Shown: positions 35,395 to 48,057 of the stretch, one piece after another
Numbering within the stretch: the stretch's first letter is position 1
Layout: each line of letters opens with the position of its first letter
Assembly (NCBI RefSeq): GCF_030144855.1
Contig: NC_082711.1
Coordinates: 118,234,001-118,298,000 of the forward strand
Reading direction: 5' to 3'
Source of the DNA: Hypanus sabinus
Taxonomy: Eukaryota
Length of the DNA: 64,000 nucleotides
The notes under the pieces: generated by a model
Told to the model about the DNA's origin: nothing
Databases searched by the model: none
The model's input: the letters and a program-made list of their open reading frames with translations, nothing else
Translations under genes and position numbers: made by a program

Positions 35395-38302
35395 ACTCCA
35401 TCTCCCGCTTAAGGACATGTAAGACTTAGTTGCTTCTTGTCCGCCTTTAATCTCTCCATTTTCCAATTTAAACTTTGAAATTTCAACTTTATTCAGTCGA
35501 ATCTGTACAGCAATAGTTATAATTATGGCTACTTTGAAGAGCACCTGGCGGAATCCGGACCTGACTAACGGAAAGTCTAAAAAAGCTGACGAGTTCTCGG
35601 AATAACCCTCTTGGGTTAAGAGATTAGAGTCTCGAATTAGCAGTATCGGCACTGAAATATCTCAACTAAAAGAGAAATTTGAAGAAAAAATTCACTCTCT
35701 GAGCCTCGATCTTAGTCGAAATGCAGATGACCTTTCTTCTCGTTTGGAAAAGGCTTAACAATGAATCGTGGATTTGGAAACGCGATCGCATCGGAATAAT
35801 TTTTGAATTGTTGGATGAAACGAGAAATCAGAATCTGCTGACACACTGGATTATTTTGCTAAAAGGTTTCAGTCTTTATTTCCGGAGGTTTGTTCGCAAC
35901 TCCCGGAGATTGAATCGTCTCACAGAACCGCTGCTTTAAAATCTTTGGATGCAGGTAAAAACAGACATATTGTTGTGCACTTTCTCCATTTTAGAGACAA
36001 GGACCGCATTATTAAACTTGCAAGAAAACAAAGATTATTTCAATTTCAAGGTTTAGAAGTTCACTTTTTTGAAGATTTCCCACACGAAATTGTTAAGAAA
36101 CGTGCTGCATTTGCTTCTTCTATGAAACTAGCGTATAAAAGCCTTTTCCATCGTTACAGTACCCAGACAAATTAAGGCTTTTTGTTAAAAATTCTGGAGC
36201 TTGTATTTTTGATGATCCAGCCGAAGCACTGCGTTTTATTAACTCTTTGTCTGATGAGTCTGAAGCCTGAAGTTTGAATGATCTACAACACTTTGAATGT
36301 CTCGTGGTGTAAAGTGATGAAATTGGAAGATTTGATGGTTATAGAAAGTCTTTACCTTAAAATGTATTTTTATCTCTGAAAAAGACTGGTTTGGATGGTT
36401 TTAACCTCAGAAGACATAGCGGGAGAACTGTTGAAAGACTATAGATAATTCTGAACCATCTAGAATTCTTTTTTCTGCAGCATTTAAATGAACCAACTGT
36501 TTTTTTTTATTCTGTATGCTTTTGTAAAGTATTTTTAAGTAATTACTGGGATTTTTTTACGTATTAAAGAAAGACTGGATAATTTAAAATTGGCGATTGT
36601 TTTTCTTTTGTGCAAATATTTCAATGACGACGAGTCTGAAGCCTGAAGTTTGAATGGTTTATAATGGCTTGAGTGTCTCGCAGTGTAAAGACTGATAAGA
36701 TTGGAAGCTTTTAAATGAATTAATTGTTTTTTTTAATAATCCGTATGCTTTAGTGAAGATCTTTTAAGTAATTATTTGGATTTCCTTGTGTTTTAATGAT
36801 AGATTGGACAATTTAAAGATGGCGATTGTTTTTCTTTTGTGCAAATATTTCAAGAATATTATGAAGGTTACTCTCAAATTGAAGGTCGTTTTGTTTTACA
36901 AAAAAAGACCACTATCCTTCCAAGTTAATTATATTGAGATATACTTCGATTGTAATGAGATTTATGTTCAGTAGAGGGAGACAGAGATGAATTTTTAAAA
37001 ATGTTTTTATTACTTAGGTGGGCGGAGCTGTATCTGCATCTATGCTTTCCTTGGGGATTGCGTCAATTGATATCGACTTGTTTCTGGGCTTTGTAGTTTG
37101 GGTGGGTTTTTCCTTCTTTTCTTATCCCCATTATGAAATCCTGGAACATACGCTAATTATTTTTATTGTTGTTCACCTCTGCCATTTTATCCTGACATGC
37201 ATCTAATTACTCTTTTTTAGATACAAAGTTTCATGATAATATCTAAACAGTTAAATGTTTTAACTTGGAATGTTCGTGGTTGGAATCATCCTATTAAGTG
37301 AGAAATCATTTCAAGTTATAAATCGACTCCAGCCTAATATAATCTTTGCTCAAGAGACGTATATCAGGTTATGTGATAAAAATCGATTTTTTTAAATTCT
37401 GGAAGGATCTTCAGTTTCATGCAAATTTCCAAAAACTAGGGGAGTCTCTATTTTTATTGATTCCAATATTCCTTTTAACGAGGAAGATATTATAGCCAAT
37501 ATTAATGGTAGAGTTTTGAAAACTATTTCCTAGTATAGGCAACTACTGTGATAGATGTAAAACTGAAATAGCAACTTTGTCATGTTATGTTCTGGTCATG
37601 TTCTTCATTAAAACCATTTTGGAAATCTTTATTTTCTACAATTTCTAAAGCTCTGAAAATTAATTTACAACCTAATAGACTGACTGTTCTATTTGGAATA
37701 GTTCCACATCATATTCAGGATATTTCATCTTCAGATCAACATGTAATTGCATTTGTTACATTATTGGCAAGAAGGGCTTTTCTGTTAAAATGGAAAGGTA
37801 TCTCTTCCCCTACATCAATTGAAAGGTTTTCTCAAGTAATGTTATATCTCAGTTTGGAAAAAAATTAGAAGTAGAACTTTTGAATCCTGATTCGATTTTG
37901 AGGGAAGATGGGGTTCTTTCGCCAAATATTACCATTGAATTTGAATTATTCTATATGGTTTCCTTACAATTTTATTTTTTTAAATATGAATTGGCAGTTG
38001 ATGACTCTTTCTCTTTGTATATTTAGATGATGGTTAAACGTATTGCTCTGGAGGGTAGATTCCTAATGGTTCTTTTTCCTCTTTTTTTGTAGTTATAGGG
38101 TTTTTTTTTTCTTAGTTAGACGGGGATTTTTTCCCTTCTTTTTCCTATACATACATTTTTTTAATTCCCATTTTTATATATTACGATCAGCTTTTTTTTT
38201 TCTTCAGCTCTATTAATTGTATACATATTAATTTGTTGAAGTTTTGTATCATTCTATAGCTGTAGAAGATTATGTACCAGTAAAAATATTCTAAAAATGA
38301 AA
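35395..38302 (+). mobile_element. Internally deleted L1 LINE flanked by 15-bp TSD
   Basis: ORF1 C-terminus RHIVVHFLHFRDKDRIIKLAR...FFEDFPHEIVKKRAAF; ORF2 start TWNVRGWNHPIK...AQET; jump to C-terminal CDRC...HMFWSC. TSD ATGAAACAATGCTGG (35380-35394) / ATGAAACCATGCTGG (38303-38317). Confidence 0.9.
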
Positions 38303-38668
38303 ATGAAACCATGCTGGCTTGGGCCTATCTTATCATGCGCCTCGAGGTATTTCATAACCTTATCCTTGAGAATTGACTCCAATAACTTTCCAACTACCGA
38401 TGACAGACTAATAGGTCTGTGATTCTCTTTTTGCTGCGTCCCTCCTTTCTTAAACAGCGGAACTACATTAGTGACCTTCCAGCCCTCCAGAACCATGCCA
38501 GAGTCTATTGATTCCTGGAAGATCACTTCCAATGCCTCCACAATCTCCAAAGCCACCTCCTTCAGAACCTGTGGGTGCACCTCATCCAGTCTGGGAGACT
38601 TACCTATCCTTAGTGCATTTAGTTTCCCATGCATTTTCTCTCTAGTAATCTTGACTGTACCTAATTCT

Positions 38669-39600
38669 ATTCAGATTCAGATTCAGATTCAGTTTATTGT
38701 CATTTAGAAACCACAAATGCAATGCAGTTAAAAAATGAGACAATGTTCCTCCAGAATGATATCACAAAAGCATGACATGACAAGACAGACTACACCAGAA
38801 AATCCACATAACGTTTGGCAATCCCCAGTCCAGAGTCCGGAGAGGCTGCTGCGTATTGAATTACCCCTTGGGGATGAATAAAGTATCTATCTATCTATCT
38901 ATTAATATTGCGCTACCGTCTTAGCGCGTTCCCTGGAAAGGAGCTCCAATCCCACCAGACAAACAAAACCAAAAACTAAAGCTACAAGACCTGCACAAAA
39001 CCAGATAGTTACAACAGTGCAAACAATAGAATAATTGATAAAAAAACAGACCATGGGCACAGTAAATATAGTCCAAAGATGTTAAAAGACTAAAAGTTCG
39101 AAAGAAACCACCACACAGTTTCCAGAAGTCCTCAGGGTCCCGATTGACTCATCATCCCACAGCGGCAGCAGAAGGGAATACCCTCGCTATGGACTTCCAC
39201 GGCACCGCCCGACTCAGCCTCACAAACGCAGCACACAATGAAAGTGACCTGATCACAGAGGACCGTCGACAGTCCGTCGAACCTCTGAGCCTCCGACCAT
39301 CCCCTCCGGCACAGCTTCTCCGAGCACCATTCTCTGCCGAGCGTATTAAGATAGCCCCGCCAATGGCCATCAGCAATGTGACCCCGAGGTCTGGGGGCCT
39401 GTTCTTCCCAGCAGAGTCCCGGACCTCACAGCAGCAGCAGCAGCAACGAAGAAGGTCTTCCTGGAGATTTTCAGATGTTCCTCCGTGCTCCCACGTCCGT
39501 TTTTCATCTGATTACGATTGCGCATGGCACCCCGCTTCACAAATAACAGATAATCAGCTCTGGAGTGGCCGCTGCAATCTGCATCGCATCGCCATCTTGG
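38669..39600 (-). mobile_element. Complete ~930-bp non-autonomous LINE-tail element
   Basis: Sense 5' end CCAAGATGGCG, CpG-rich non-coding head, 3' (ATCTGA)n tail; homologous to 1-220 and 54268-54782. Confidence 0.85.
38858..38903 (+). mobile_element. Tiny 5'-truncated LINE tail with (TATC)n
   Basis: GAATTACCCCTTGGGGATGAATAAAGTATCTATCTATCTATCT is absent from the other two copies of the host element; TATT on both sides. Confidence 0.75.
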
Positions 39601-40303
39601 AATATCAGGTGTGATGCTAAAGTCTTCCACTGTGAAGACTGATGCAAAATACTAATTTAGTTCCTCTGCCATCTCTTTGTTACCAATTATAATTTCTCCA
39701 GCATCATTTTCAATTTGTCCTATATTTACCTTTGTCACTCTTTTACTCTTCATATATTTTAAATCTCTTAGTATCCTTTTTTATGTTAATTGCCAACTTC
39801 CTTTCATAATTCATCTTTTCTTTCCTAATGACTTTCTTAGTTTCCTTCTGTAAGTTTTTAAAAGTCGTCCAGTCCTCAGATTTCCCACTAATTTTTGCTT
39901 CCTTGTACACCGTCTCTTTCGCTTTTATTTTAGCCTTAACCTCTCCCGTTAGCCACGTGTGTGCCATTTTTCCATTCATGATTTTCTTTTTTCTGGGAAT
40001 ATATTTATCCTGTACTTTCCTTATTTCTTGTAGGGATTTCATCCAATTCTGCTCTACCGTCCCTCCATCTAGCTTACTATTCCAATCAATTTGGGCCAGT
40101 TCCTCTCTCGTACCACCATAATTTCCTTTCTTCCACTGAAATATTGATACACCTGATACCAGCTTCTCCTTTTCAAATTTGAAACTGAACTCAATCATAT
40201 TATGATCACTACTTCTAAGGGGTTCCATTACCTCTAGCTCCCTAATCGCCTCAGGTTCATTACACAGAACCCAATCCAAAACAGCTAATCCCCTGTTGGG
40301 CTT

Positions 40304-40545
40304 ATAGAAACATAGAAACATAGAAAATAGGTGCAGGAGTAGGCCATTCAGCCCTTTGAGCCTGCACCACCATTCAGTATCATCATGGCTGATCATCCAA
40401 CTCAGAACCCTGTACCTGCTTTCTCTCCATGCCCCCTGATCCCTTTAGCCACAAGGGCCATATCTAACTTCCTCTTAAATATAGCCAATGAATCGGCCTC
40501 AGTTGTTTCCTGTGGCAGAGAATTCCACAGATTCACCACTCTCTA
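40304..40545 (-). mobile_element. CR1 3' fragment nested in CR1 endonuclease
   Basis: (ATAGAAAC)n tail then GGTGCAGGAGTAGGCC...GAATTCCACAGATTCACCACTCTC; host EN resumes afterwards. Confidence 0.85.
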
Positions 40546-42139
40546 CAATTATGGACAAGCTGCTCCAACAAGCCATCCTGTAGGCATGCTACAAACTCCC
40601 TCTCCTGAGATCCAGTGCCCACCTGATTTTCCCAATCCGCTTTCATATTAAAATCCCCCATAATTATCTTGACATTTTCCTTCTGACATGCTTCTTCTAT
40701 TTCCAGCTGTAACTTGTGGTCCACATCCCAGCTGCTGTTTTGAGGCCTGTATATAATTACTATTAGTGTCTTTTTACCCTTGCCATTTCTTAACTCGACC
40801 CATAAGGATTCTACCTCTTCTGATCCTACGCCCCATTCTTTCTAGTGATTTGATATCGTTGCTTACCATCAGAGCCACTCCACCCCCTTTACCTCCCTTC
40901 CTATCTTTCCTATACACTGTGTATCCTTGGACATTCAGCTCCCAATCACATCCATCATTTAGCCATGACCCAGTGATGGCCACAATGTCATATCCTTTAA
41001 CCTGTAGCTGTACAACTAGGTTATCCACTTTACTTCTAGTGCTGTGTACATTTAAGTATAGTACATTTAGATCAGTATCTGTTACCAATTTTGCTATATT
41101 TCTGTCACACAGCAAATTACCCTGTCTACTCACCTGCCTGTCCTTCTTGCCATCTTTGCTGCACAGTATCTTTGACTTATTTCTATTTTTCTCTTCCTCG
41201 ACCCGAACACATTGGTTTCCTTCCCCCTGCCAACTTAGTTTAAACCCTCCCTAAAAGCTATATTAAACAATCCCACCAGGATATTAGTACCCTTTGAGTT
41301 CAGGTGTAACCCATCATTTCTGTATAAGTCATGCCTCCCCCAAAATAGATCCCAGTAATCCAAGAATTTGAAGCCCTGCCCCCTGCACCAGTTACTCAGC
41401 CACACATTCATCTGCTTAATTCTGCTATTCTTATCTTCATTAGCGCGTGGCTCAGGCAGTAATCCTGAAAGATTATTACTCTGGAGGTCTGTCTTTCCAA
41501 TTTTCTTCCTAGCTCCCAGTAATCTTCCTTCAGGACCTCCTCTCTTTTTCTGTCTATGTTATTGGTATCAACATGTACCAAGACTTCTGGTTGCTCGGTC
41601 TCTCCCCTGAGAATACTCTGGACCATTCGTTGTGGTCTTCCTCTGTCAGGTCAACCTCTCCAACAGTATCTAAAACGATATATCGATTCCTGAGGGGGAC
41701 TGTCACAGAGGTGCTGTCCACCATCTCTCTACAGGTATTATCAATCACCTCCTCACTTTCCCTAATTAGCTGAAGGTCATCAAGTTGCAGCTCCAGATCC
41801 CTAACACTGTCCTTAAACAGCCTCATCTCAATGCACCTGATGCAGATGTAATCCTGGGGGAGGCTGGGAGTCTCCCAGGGTCCCCACATCTGGCACTCCA
41901 GACACAACGCTGATCCTAGATGCATACCTCGAGTGCTGCTGTTATTACGAAATAAATAAACCTGTAACTTACCCCTTTACTATAAGACTAAATGGTTGCA
42001 GGAAGCCTCTTCCCGTTTCCGCCAAAGCCCGATCACTCTGCACCCTCAAACTCTGCTGTCCGCTGGATATGGTGGTGTTCTTTTCAAGCCTTCTGCGCTC
42101 TGAGGTTACGCGCCTGTGCATTCGTGTCCCCTCTTTCTA

Positions 42140-42845
42140 CAATGCCCTCTAAAACCTTTAGGGTACCTTGTCTCTGTAACTCCCTCCAATTCCTATAAAC
42201 CTCCTTGTCTGTGGAACCACCCCAGAGGACTTCTTGTCTTTGTAAACCCCTTCTATTCCTATAGACTTCCCCATCTTTGTAACCACCTCCAGCACCTATA
42301 GAATTTTCTGCCTCTGGAAGCCACTCCAACCCTATAGAATTCTCCGCCTCTGGAAGCCACTCCAACCCTATAGAATTCCCTGTCTCTGGAACTCCCTCCA
42401 ACCCTATGGAATCCCCGTCTCTGGAACTCCCTCCAACCCTATAGAATCCCCTGTCTCTGGAACTCCCTCCAACCCTATAGAATCCCCTGTCTCTGGAACT
42501 CCCTCCAACCCTATAGAATCCCCTGTCTCTGTAAACCCCCCTTCAAAAACTTCAGACTTCCCTGACTCAGTAATCCCCTCCAACCCATATAGACCTCTCT
42601 GCCTCAGGAAACCCCACTAACCTCAATAGAACTCCCTGTGTCTGTAACTGTCTGCAACCCCTATAGATTTCCATGTCTCAAAAACTTACTCCAACCACTA
42701 TAAACTTCCTTGTCTGTGTAACTCCCTGTAATGCATATAAATCTCCTATGTCTGTAAACCCCTCCAACCCTTACAGACCTTACTGTCTGTCTAAACATCT
42801 CCAACCTGTATAGACTTCCCTGTCTCTATAACATACTCCAAAACT
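42140..42845. repeat. Second block of the 36-bp satellite
   Basis: Homogeneous core at about 42300-42530: CCCTATAGAATCCCCTGTCTCTGGAACTCCCTCCAA, period 36. Confidence 0.92.
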
Positions 42846-43016
42846 GATGAATTCTCCTCTGGGAAAAGGGGGTTTAATGAAGGGTCTAAGGAATGCAGAG
42901 CCAGACAGTCCTCTTATCGTATTCTGGATCACTGGTCGTCTCGTGTCGGGGAGCTCAGATCCCCTGGCTAACTGGAGAATCACATCACCTGGATGAGTGT
43001 TTCTAGGCACTGGACA

Positions 43017-43265
43017 CTAGAATACTACAGCACAGTACAGGCCCTTCAGCCCTTGATGTTGTGCCGACCCATATATTCCTTAAAAAAGAAATACTAAACC
43101 CACACTACCCTGTAACCCTCTATTTTTCTTTCATCCATGTGCCTGTCCAAGAGGCTCTTAAATACCCTGAAAGTTTTAGCCTCCACCACCATCCCTGTCA
43201 AGTATTCCAGGCACTCACAACACTCTGTGTTAAAAAACTTACGCCTGATGTCTCCCCTAAACTTC
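43017..43265 (-). mobile_element. CR1 3' fragment
   Basis: Minus ORF KFRGDIRRKFFNTEC..; tail GGGCCTGTACTGTGCTGTAGTATTCTAG. Confidence 0.85.
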
Positions 43266-46200
43266 CGGAAGCAGAAATAGACTGGAGTTTCCGGGGGATA
43301 ATCACCCCTAAAAGTCAGGAGACAGGTAGCTGGGTGATTGTCAGGACAGGGAAGGGGATTAGACAGGAAGAGCAGAGCACCCCTGTGGGCCGTTCTCATC
43401 AATAATAATTATACCATTTTGGATACTGTTGTTGGGGATGACCTACCAGGGACAAGTTGCAGTGATTGCGTCTCTGGCACCAAGACTGTACCCTCAGCTC
43501 AGAAGGGAAGGAGGGAAAAGAGGAAAGCAGTAGTGATAGGGGATTCGATAGTTAGGGGGACAGATAAGAGGTTCTGTGGGTAGATCTGTGGGTGAGCAGC
43601 CAGATGTCGTGTTCCATGTAGGGACCAATGACATGCATAGGAAGAAGGAGGAGATCCTGCAAAGAGAGTTTAGGGAGTTAGGTGCAAAGTTGAAGGACAG
43701 GACCACCAGGGCTGCAGTCTCAGGATTGCTACCCATGCCACGTGCTACTGAGGCTTGTAACAGGAAGATAATGCAACTGAATACGTGGCTAAGGAGTTGG
43801 TGCAGAAGGGAGGGCTTCATGTTTCTGGACAATTGGGCCTTGTTCTAGAGAAGGTGGGACCTGTTCCGATGGGATAGGTTGCACCTGAACTGAAAGTGGA
43901 CTAACATCCTTGCCGGAAGGTTGGCTAGTGCTGCTCCAGGGGGTTTAAACTAGGTTTGCAGGGGGAGGGGAACCAGAATGTTAGACCAGATAGTGAGGTG
44001 GAAGAGGTTAAAGGTCATACAAGTATAGCGCATGGAGTAAAGCCAGATCTAACATATGAAGAGGCTTTGAGGAAAGAGAAGCAGAATAAAAGGTTTAAAG
44101 GTAGTAAGGTAGAAGGGCTAAAGTGCGTGTACTTCAAAGCAAGAAGCATCAGGAACAAAGGTGATGAACTGAGAGCTTCCATGTACACATGGAATGATGA
44201 TGTAGTGGCCATTATGGAGACCTGGCTGGCATCAGGGCAGGGATGGATTCTCAATATTCCTGGATTTCAGTGTTTTAAAAGGGATAGAGAAGGGGGAAAA
44301 GGGGAGGAGGGTGGCATTACTGGTCAGGGATACTATTACAGCTACAGTAAAGGTAGGTAATGTAGCAGGATCCTCTTTTGAGTCAGTATGGGTGGAAGTC
44401 AGAAACAGGAATGGAGCAGTTACTCTACTGGGGGTATTCTATAGGTCCCCTGGTAGCAGCAGAGATACCGAGGAGCAGATTGGGAGGCAGATTTTGGAAA
44501 GTTGCTAAAATAACAGGGTTGTTATCACGGGTGACTTTAACTTCCCTAATATTGAATGGCACCTGATTAGTTCCAATAGTTTAGATGGGGCAGAGTTTGT
44601 TAAGTGTGTCCAGGATGGATTCCTGTCACAGTATGTTGACAGGCTGACTAGCGTGAATGCCATACTAGATCTAGTACCAGTTAACAAACCGGGTCAGGTT
44701 ACAGATCTCTCAGTGGGTGAGCATCTGGGGGACAGTGACCACCACTCTGTGACCTTTAGCATTATCATGCAAAAGGATAGAATCAGAGAGGACAGGAAAA
44801 TTTTTAATTGGGGAAGGGCAAATTATGAGGTTATAAGGCTAGAAATTGTGAATTGGGATGATGTTTTAGCAGGGAGCAGTACTATGGACATGTGGTCGAC
44901 GTTTGGAGATCTCGTGCAGAATGTTAGGGATAAATTTGTCCCGGTGAGGAAGATAAAGAATGGTAGGGTGAAGGAACCATGGGTGACAAGTGAGGTGGAA
45001 AATCTAGTCAGGTGGAAGAGATGAGGTTTAGGAAGCAAGGATCAAATGGGCCTATTCAGGAATATAGGGTAGCAAGAAAGGAGATTAAGAAGGGACTGAG
45101 GAGAGCAAGAAGGGGGCATAAGAAAGCCTTGGTGAGTAGGGTAAAGGAAAACCCTAAAGCATTCTTCAATTATGTGAAGAACAAAAGAATGACAAGAGTG
45201 AAGGTAGGACTGATTAGAGATAAAAGTGGGAAGATGTGCCTGGAGGCTGTGGAAGTGAGCGAGGTCCTCAATGAATACTTCTCTTCGGTATTCACCACTG
45301 AGAGGGAACTTGATGACGGTGAGGACAATATGAGTGAGGTTGATGTTCAGGAGCATGTTGATATTAAAGGAGAGGAGGTGTTGGAGTTGTTAAAATACAT
45401 TAGGACGGATAAGTCCCCGGGGCCGGACGGAATATTCTCCAGGCAGCTCCATGAGGCAAGGGAAGAGATTGCTGAGACTCTGGCTAGGATCTTTATGTCC
45501 TCGTTGTCCATGGGAATGGTACCAGAGGAATGGAGAGAGGCAAATGTTGTCCCCTTGTTCATAGAAGATAGTAGGGATAGTCTGAGGTAATTATAGACCA
45601 GTCAGCCTTACGTCTGTGGTGGGAAAGCTGTTGGAAAAGATTCTCAGAGATAGGATCTATGGGCATTTAGAGAATCGTGGTCTGATCAGGGACAGTCAGC
45701 ATGGCTTTGTGAAGGGCAGATTGTGTCTAACAAGCCTGATAGAGTTCTTTGAGGAGGTGACCAGGCATATAGATGAGGGTAGTGCAGTGGATGTGATCTA
45801 CATGGATTTCAGTAAGGCATTTGACAAGGTACCACATGGTAGGCTTGTTCAGAAAGTCAGAAGGCTTGGGATCCAGGGAAGTTTGGCCAGGTGGATTCAG
45901 AATTGGCTTGCCTGCAGAAAGCAAAGGTGGAGGGGCTACATTCAGATTGGAGGGTTGTGACTAGTGGTGTCCCACAAGGATCGGTTCTGGGACCTCTACT
46001 TTTCGTGATTTTTATTAACAACCTGGATGTGGAGGTAGAAGGGTGGGTTGGCAAGTTTGCAGTCGACACAAAGGTTGGTGGTATTGTGGATAGTGTAGAG
46101 GATTGTCGAAGATTGCAGAGAGATATTGATAGGATGCAGAAGTGGACTGAGAATTGGCAAATGGTATTCAACCCGGAGAAGTGTGAGGTGGTACATTTTG

Positions 46201-46935
46201 GAAGGACAAACTCCAAAGCAGAGTACAAAGTAAATGGCAGGATACTTGGGAGTGTGGAGGAGCAGAGGGATCTGGGGGTACATGTACACAGATCCCTGAA
46301 AGATGCCTTACAGGTAGATAGGGTAGTTAAGAAAGCTTATGGGCTGCTAGCTTTCATAAGTTGAGGGATAGAATTTAAGGGTCGCGAGGTAATGATGCAG
46401 TTCCATAAAACTCTGGTTAGGCCAAACTTGGAGTACTGTGTGATTGCCTCGCCACAGAAAGGATGTGGAAGCATTGGAAAGGGTACAGAGGAGATTTACC
46501 AGGATGCTGCCTGATTTAGAGAGTATGGATTATGATCAGAGATTAAGGGAGCTAGGTCTTCACTCTTCGGAGAGAAGGAGGATGAGAGGAGACATGATAG
46601 AGGTGTACAAGATATTAAGAGGAATAGATAGAGTGGACAGCCAGTGCCTCTTTCCCAGGGCACCACTGCTCAGTACAAGAGGACATAGCTTTAAAGTAAG
46701 GTGGGGGGAGTTCAAGGGGGTTATTAGAGGAAGGCTTTTCACTCAGAGAGTGGTTGGTGCGTGGAATCTACTTCCTGAGTCAGTGGTGGAGGCAGATACA
46801 CTAGTGAAGTTTAAGAGACTACTAGACAGGTATATGGAGCAATTTAGGATGGGTGGGTATATATGGGATGCAGGGTTTAAGGGTCGGCACAACATTGTGG
46901 GCCAAAGGGCCTGTACTGTGCTGTACTATTCTATG
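43266..46935 (+). mobile_element. CR1 (5'-truncated within ORF1) with complete but disrupted ORF2
   Basis: VVIGDSIVRG; VVAIMETW; QHGFVKGRLCLT; DFSKAFDKVPHG; GVPQGSVLGPLLF; KFAVDTKVGG; (TTCTATG)n tail. Confidence 0.93.
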
Positions 46936-46939
46936 TTCT

Positions 46940-48050
46940 ATGTTATATGTCCTATGAAAATAATTAATCTGCCTGTTCCTATCCTCTCTGTCTCATGGCA
47001 CAGGCAGCAATCTCGAGATTACCACCCTTGAGTTCCTGCTTTTTAACTTCTTTCCTAGCTTCCTATATTCCTCCTTCAGGACCGCATCCCTACTCCTATA
47101 TATGTGTCATTGGTCCCCACGTGGACCATGACATCTGGCTGCTCACCTTCTCTCCTGAGAATACAGAGAACTTGATCAGAGATATTGCGGACCATAGCAC
47201 AGACCATCCGAGATTCTCAATCTGTCCCACAGAACCTCCTATCTGTCCCCCTAACTATCGAATCCCCTATCACTACAGCTTTCTTCTTTTCCCTCCTTCC
47301 CTTCTGAGCTGAGGGTCCAGACTCGGTGCCAGAGACATGACCACTACAACTTATCCCTGGTAGATCGTCCCCACCAACAGTATCCAAAACAGTAAACTTT
47401 TTGTTGATGAGTACGGCCACAGGTGTGCTCTGCTCTTTCTGCCTATTCCCCTTCCCCCTCCTGACAGTCACCCAGTTAGCTACCTGTCTCCCGACTTTTA
47501 GGGGTGACTGTCTCCCTGAAACTCTGATCTATTGCTCCCTCTTCCTCCCGAATGATCTGAAGTTCATCCAGCTCCGGCTCCAGTTCCCTAATTCGGTTTG
47601 ACAGGAGCTGCAGCTGGATGCAGGTGTAGACATCAGAGACAATTGTGCTGTCCCTGACTTCCCACATCCTACAATCAGAGGCTGGACTGCCCTATCTACT
47701 GCCTCCATCACCAACTCCTAAGTTAATTAAAGAAATAAACTTACCCAGCCAAACCTCTTGAGCCAAAGCCTCAAAGCTCCACTCCTTTACAGGCCACTCG
47801 CCACTGGCCACTCTGCTTCAGCTACCCCTCTTTTTATTTGGTTGAACTTCTCAATTTTCGATTGCCCAATCAAACTGCTTGATCACCTGACCTCGATTGC
47901 CCAAATCAGCTGCTTTCTGCTGAGCCTGAGCTATTAAAACCTTGATTGACTTGATTGCACAATCCAACTGCCGAAACCTCTCGAACCAAAGCCTCAAAGC
48001 TCCACCCTTCACTCACTCACTCCCCACTCTCCACTCCTGGTGGAGGTAGA
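46940..48050 (-). mobile_element. CR1 ORF1 and 5' UTR
   Basis: VVIGDSIVRGTDRRFC; MWEVRDST...YTCIQLQLL; 5' UTR contains duplicated GCCAAACCTC..GCCTCAAAGCTCCAC blocks. Confidence 0.85.
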
Positions 48051-48057
48051 GCGGCCT

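Larger units (their letters stand above)
34150..42140 (-). mobile_element. Full-length CR1 carrying three nested insertions
   Basis: Tail at 34150; reading SQHGF|MKGRSCL is continuous across the L1 insertion; EN to 41130; ORF1 41300-41950; 5' UTR promoter motif at 42075-42121. Confidence 0.9.

Noticed and set aside
42850-43010. Exon in the short unique stretch (part of ORF 42780-43010)
   Set aside because: No convincing donor/acceptor pair or domain; the ORF runs into satellite.
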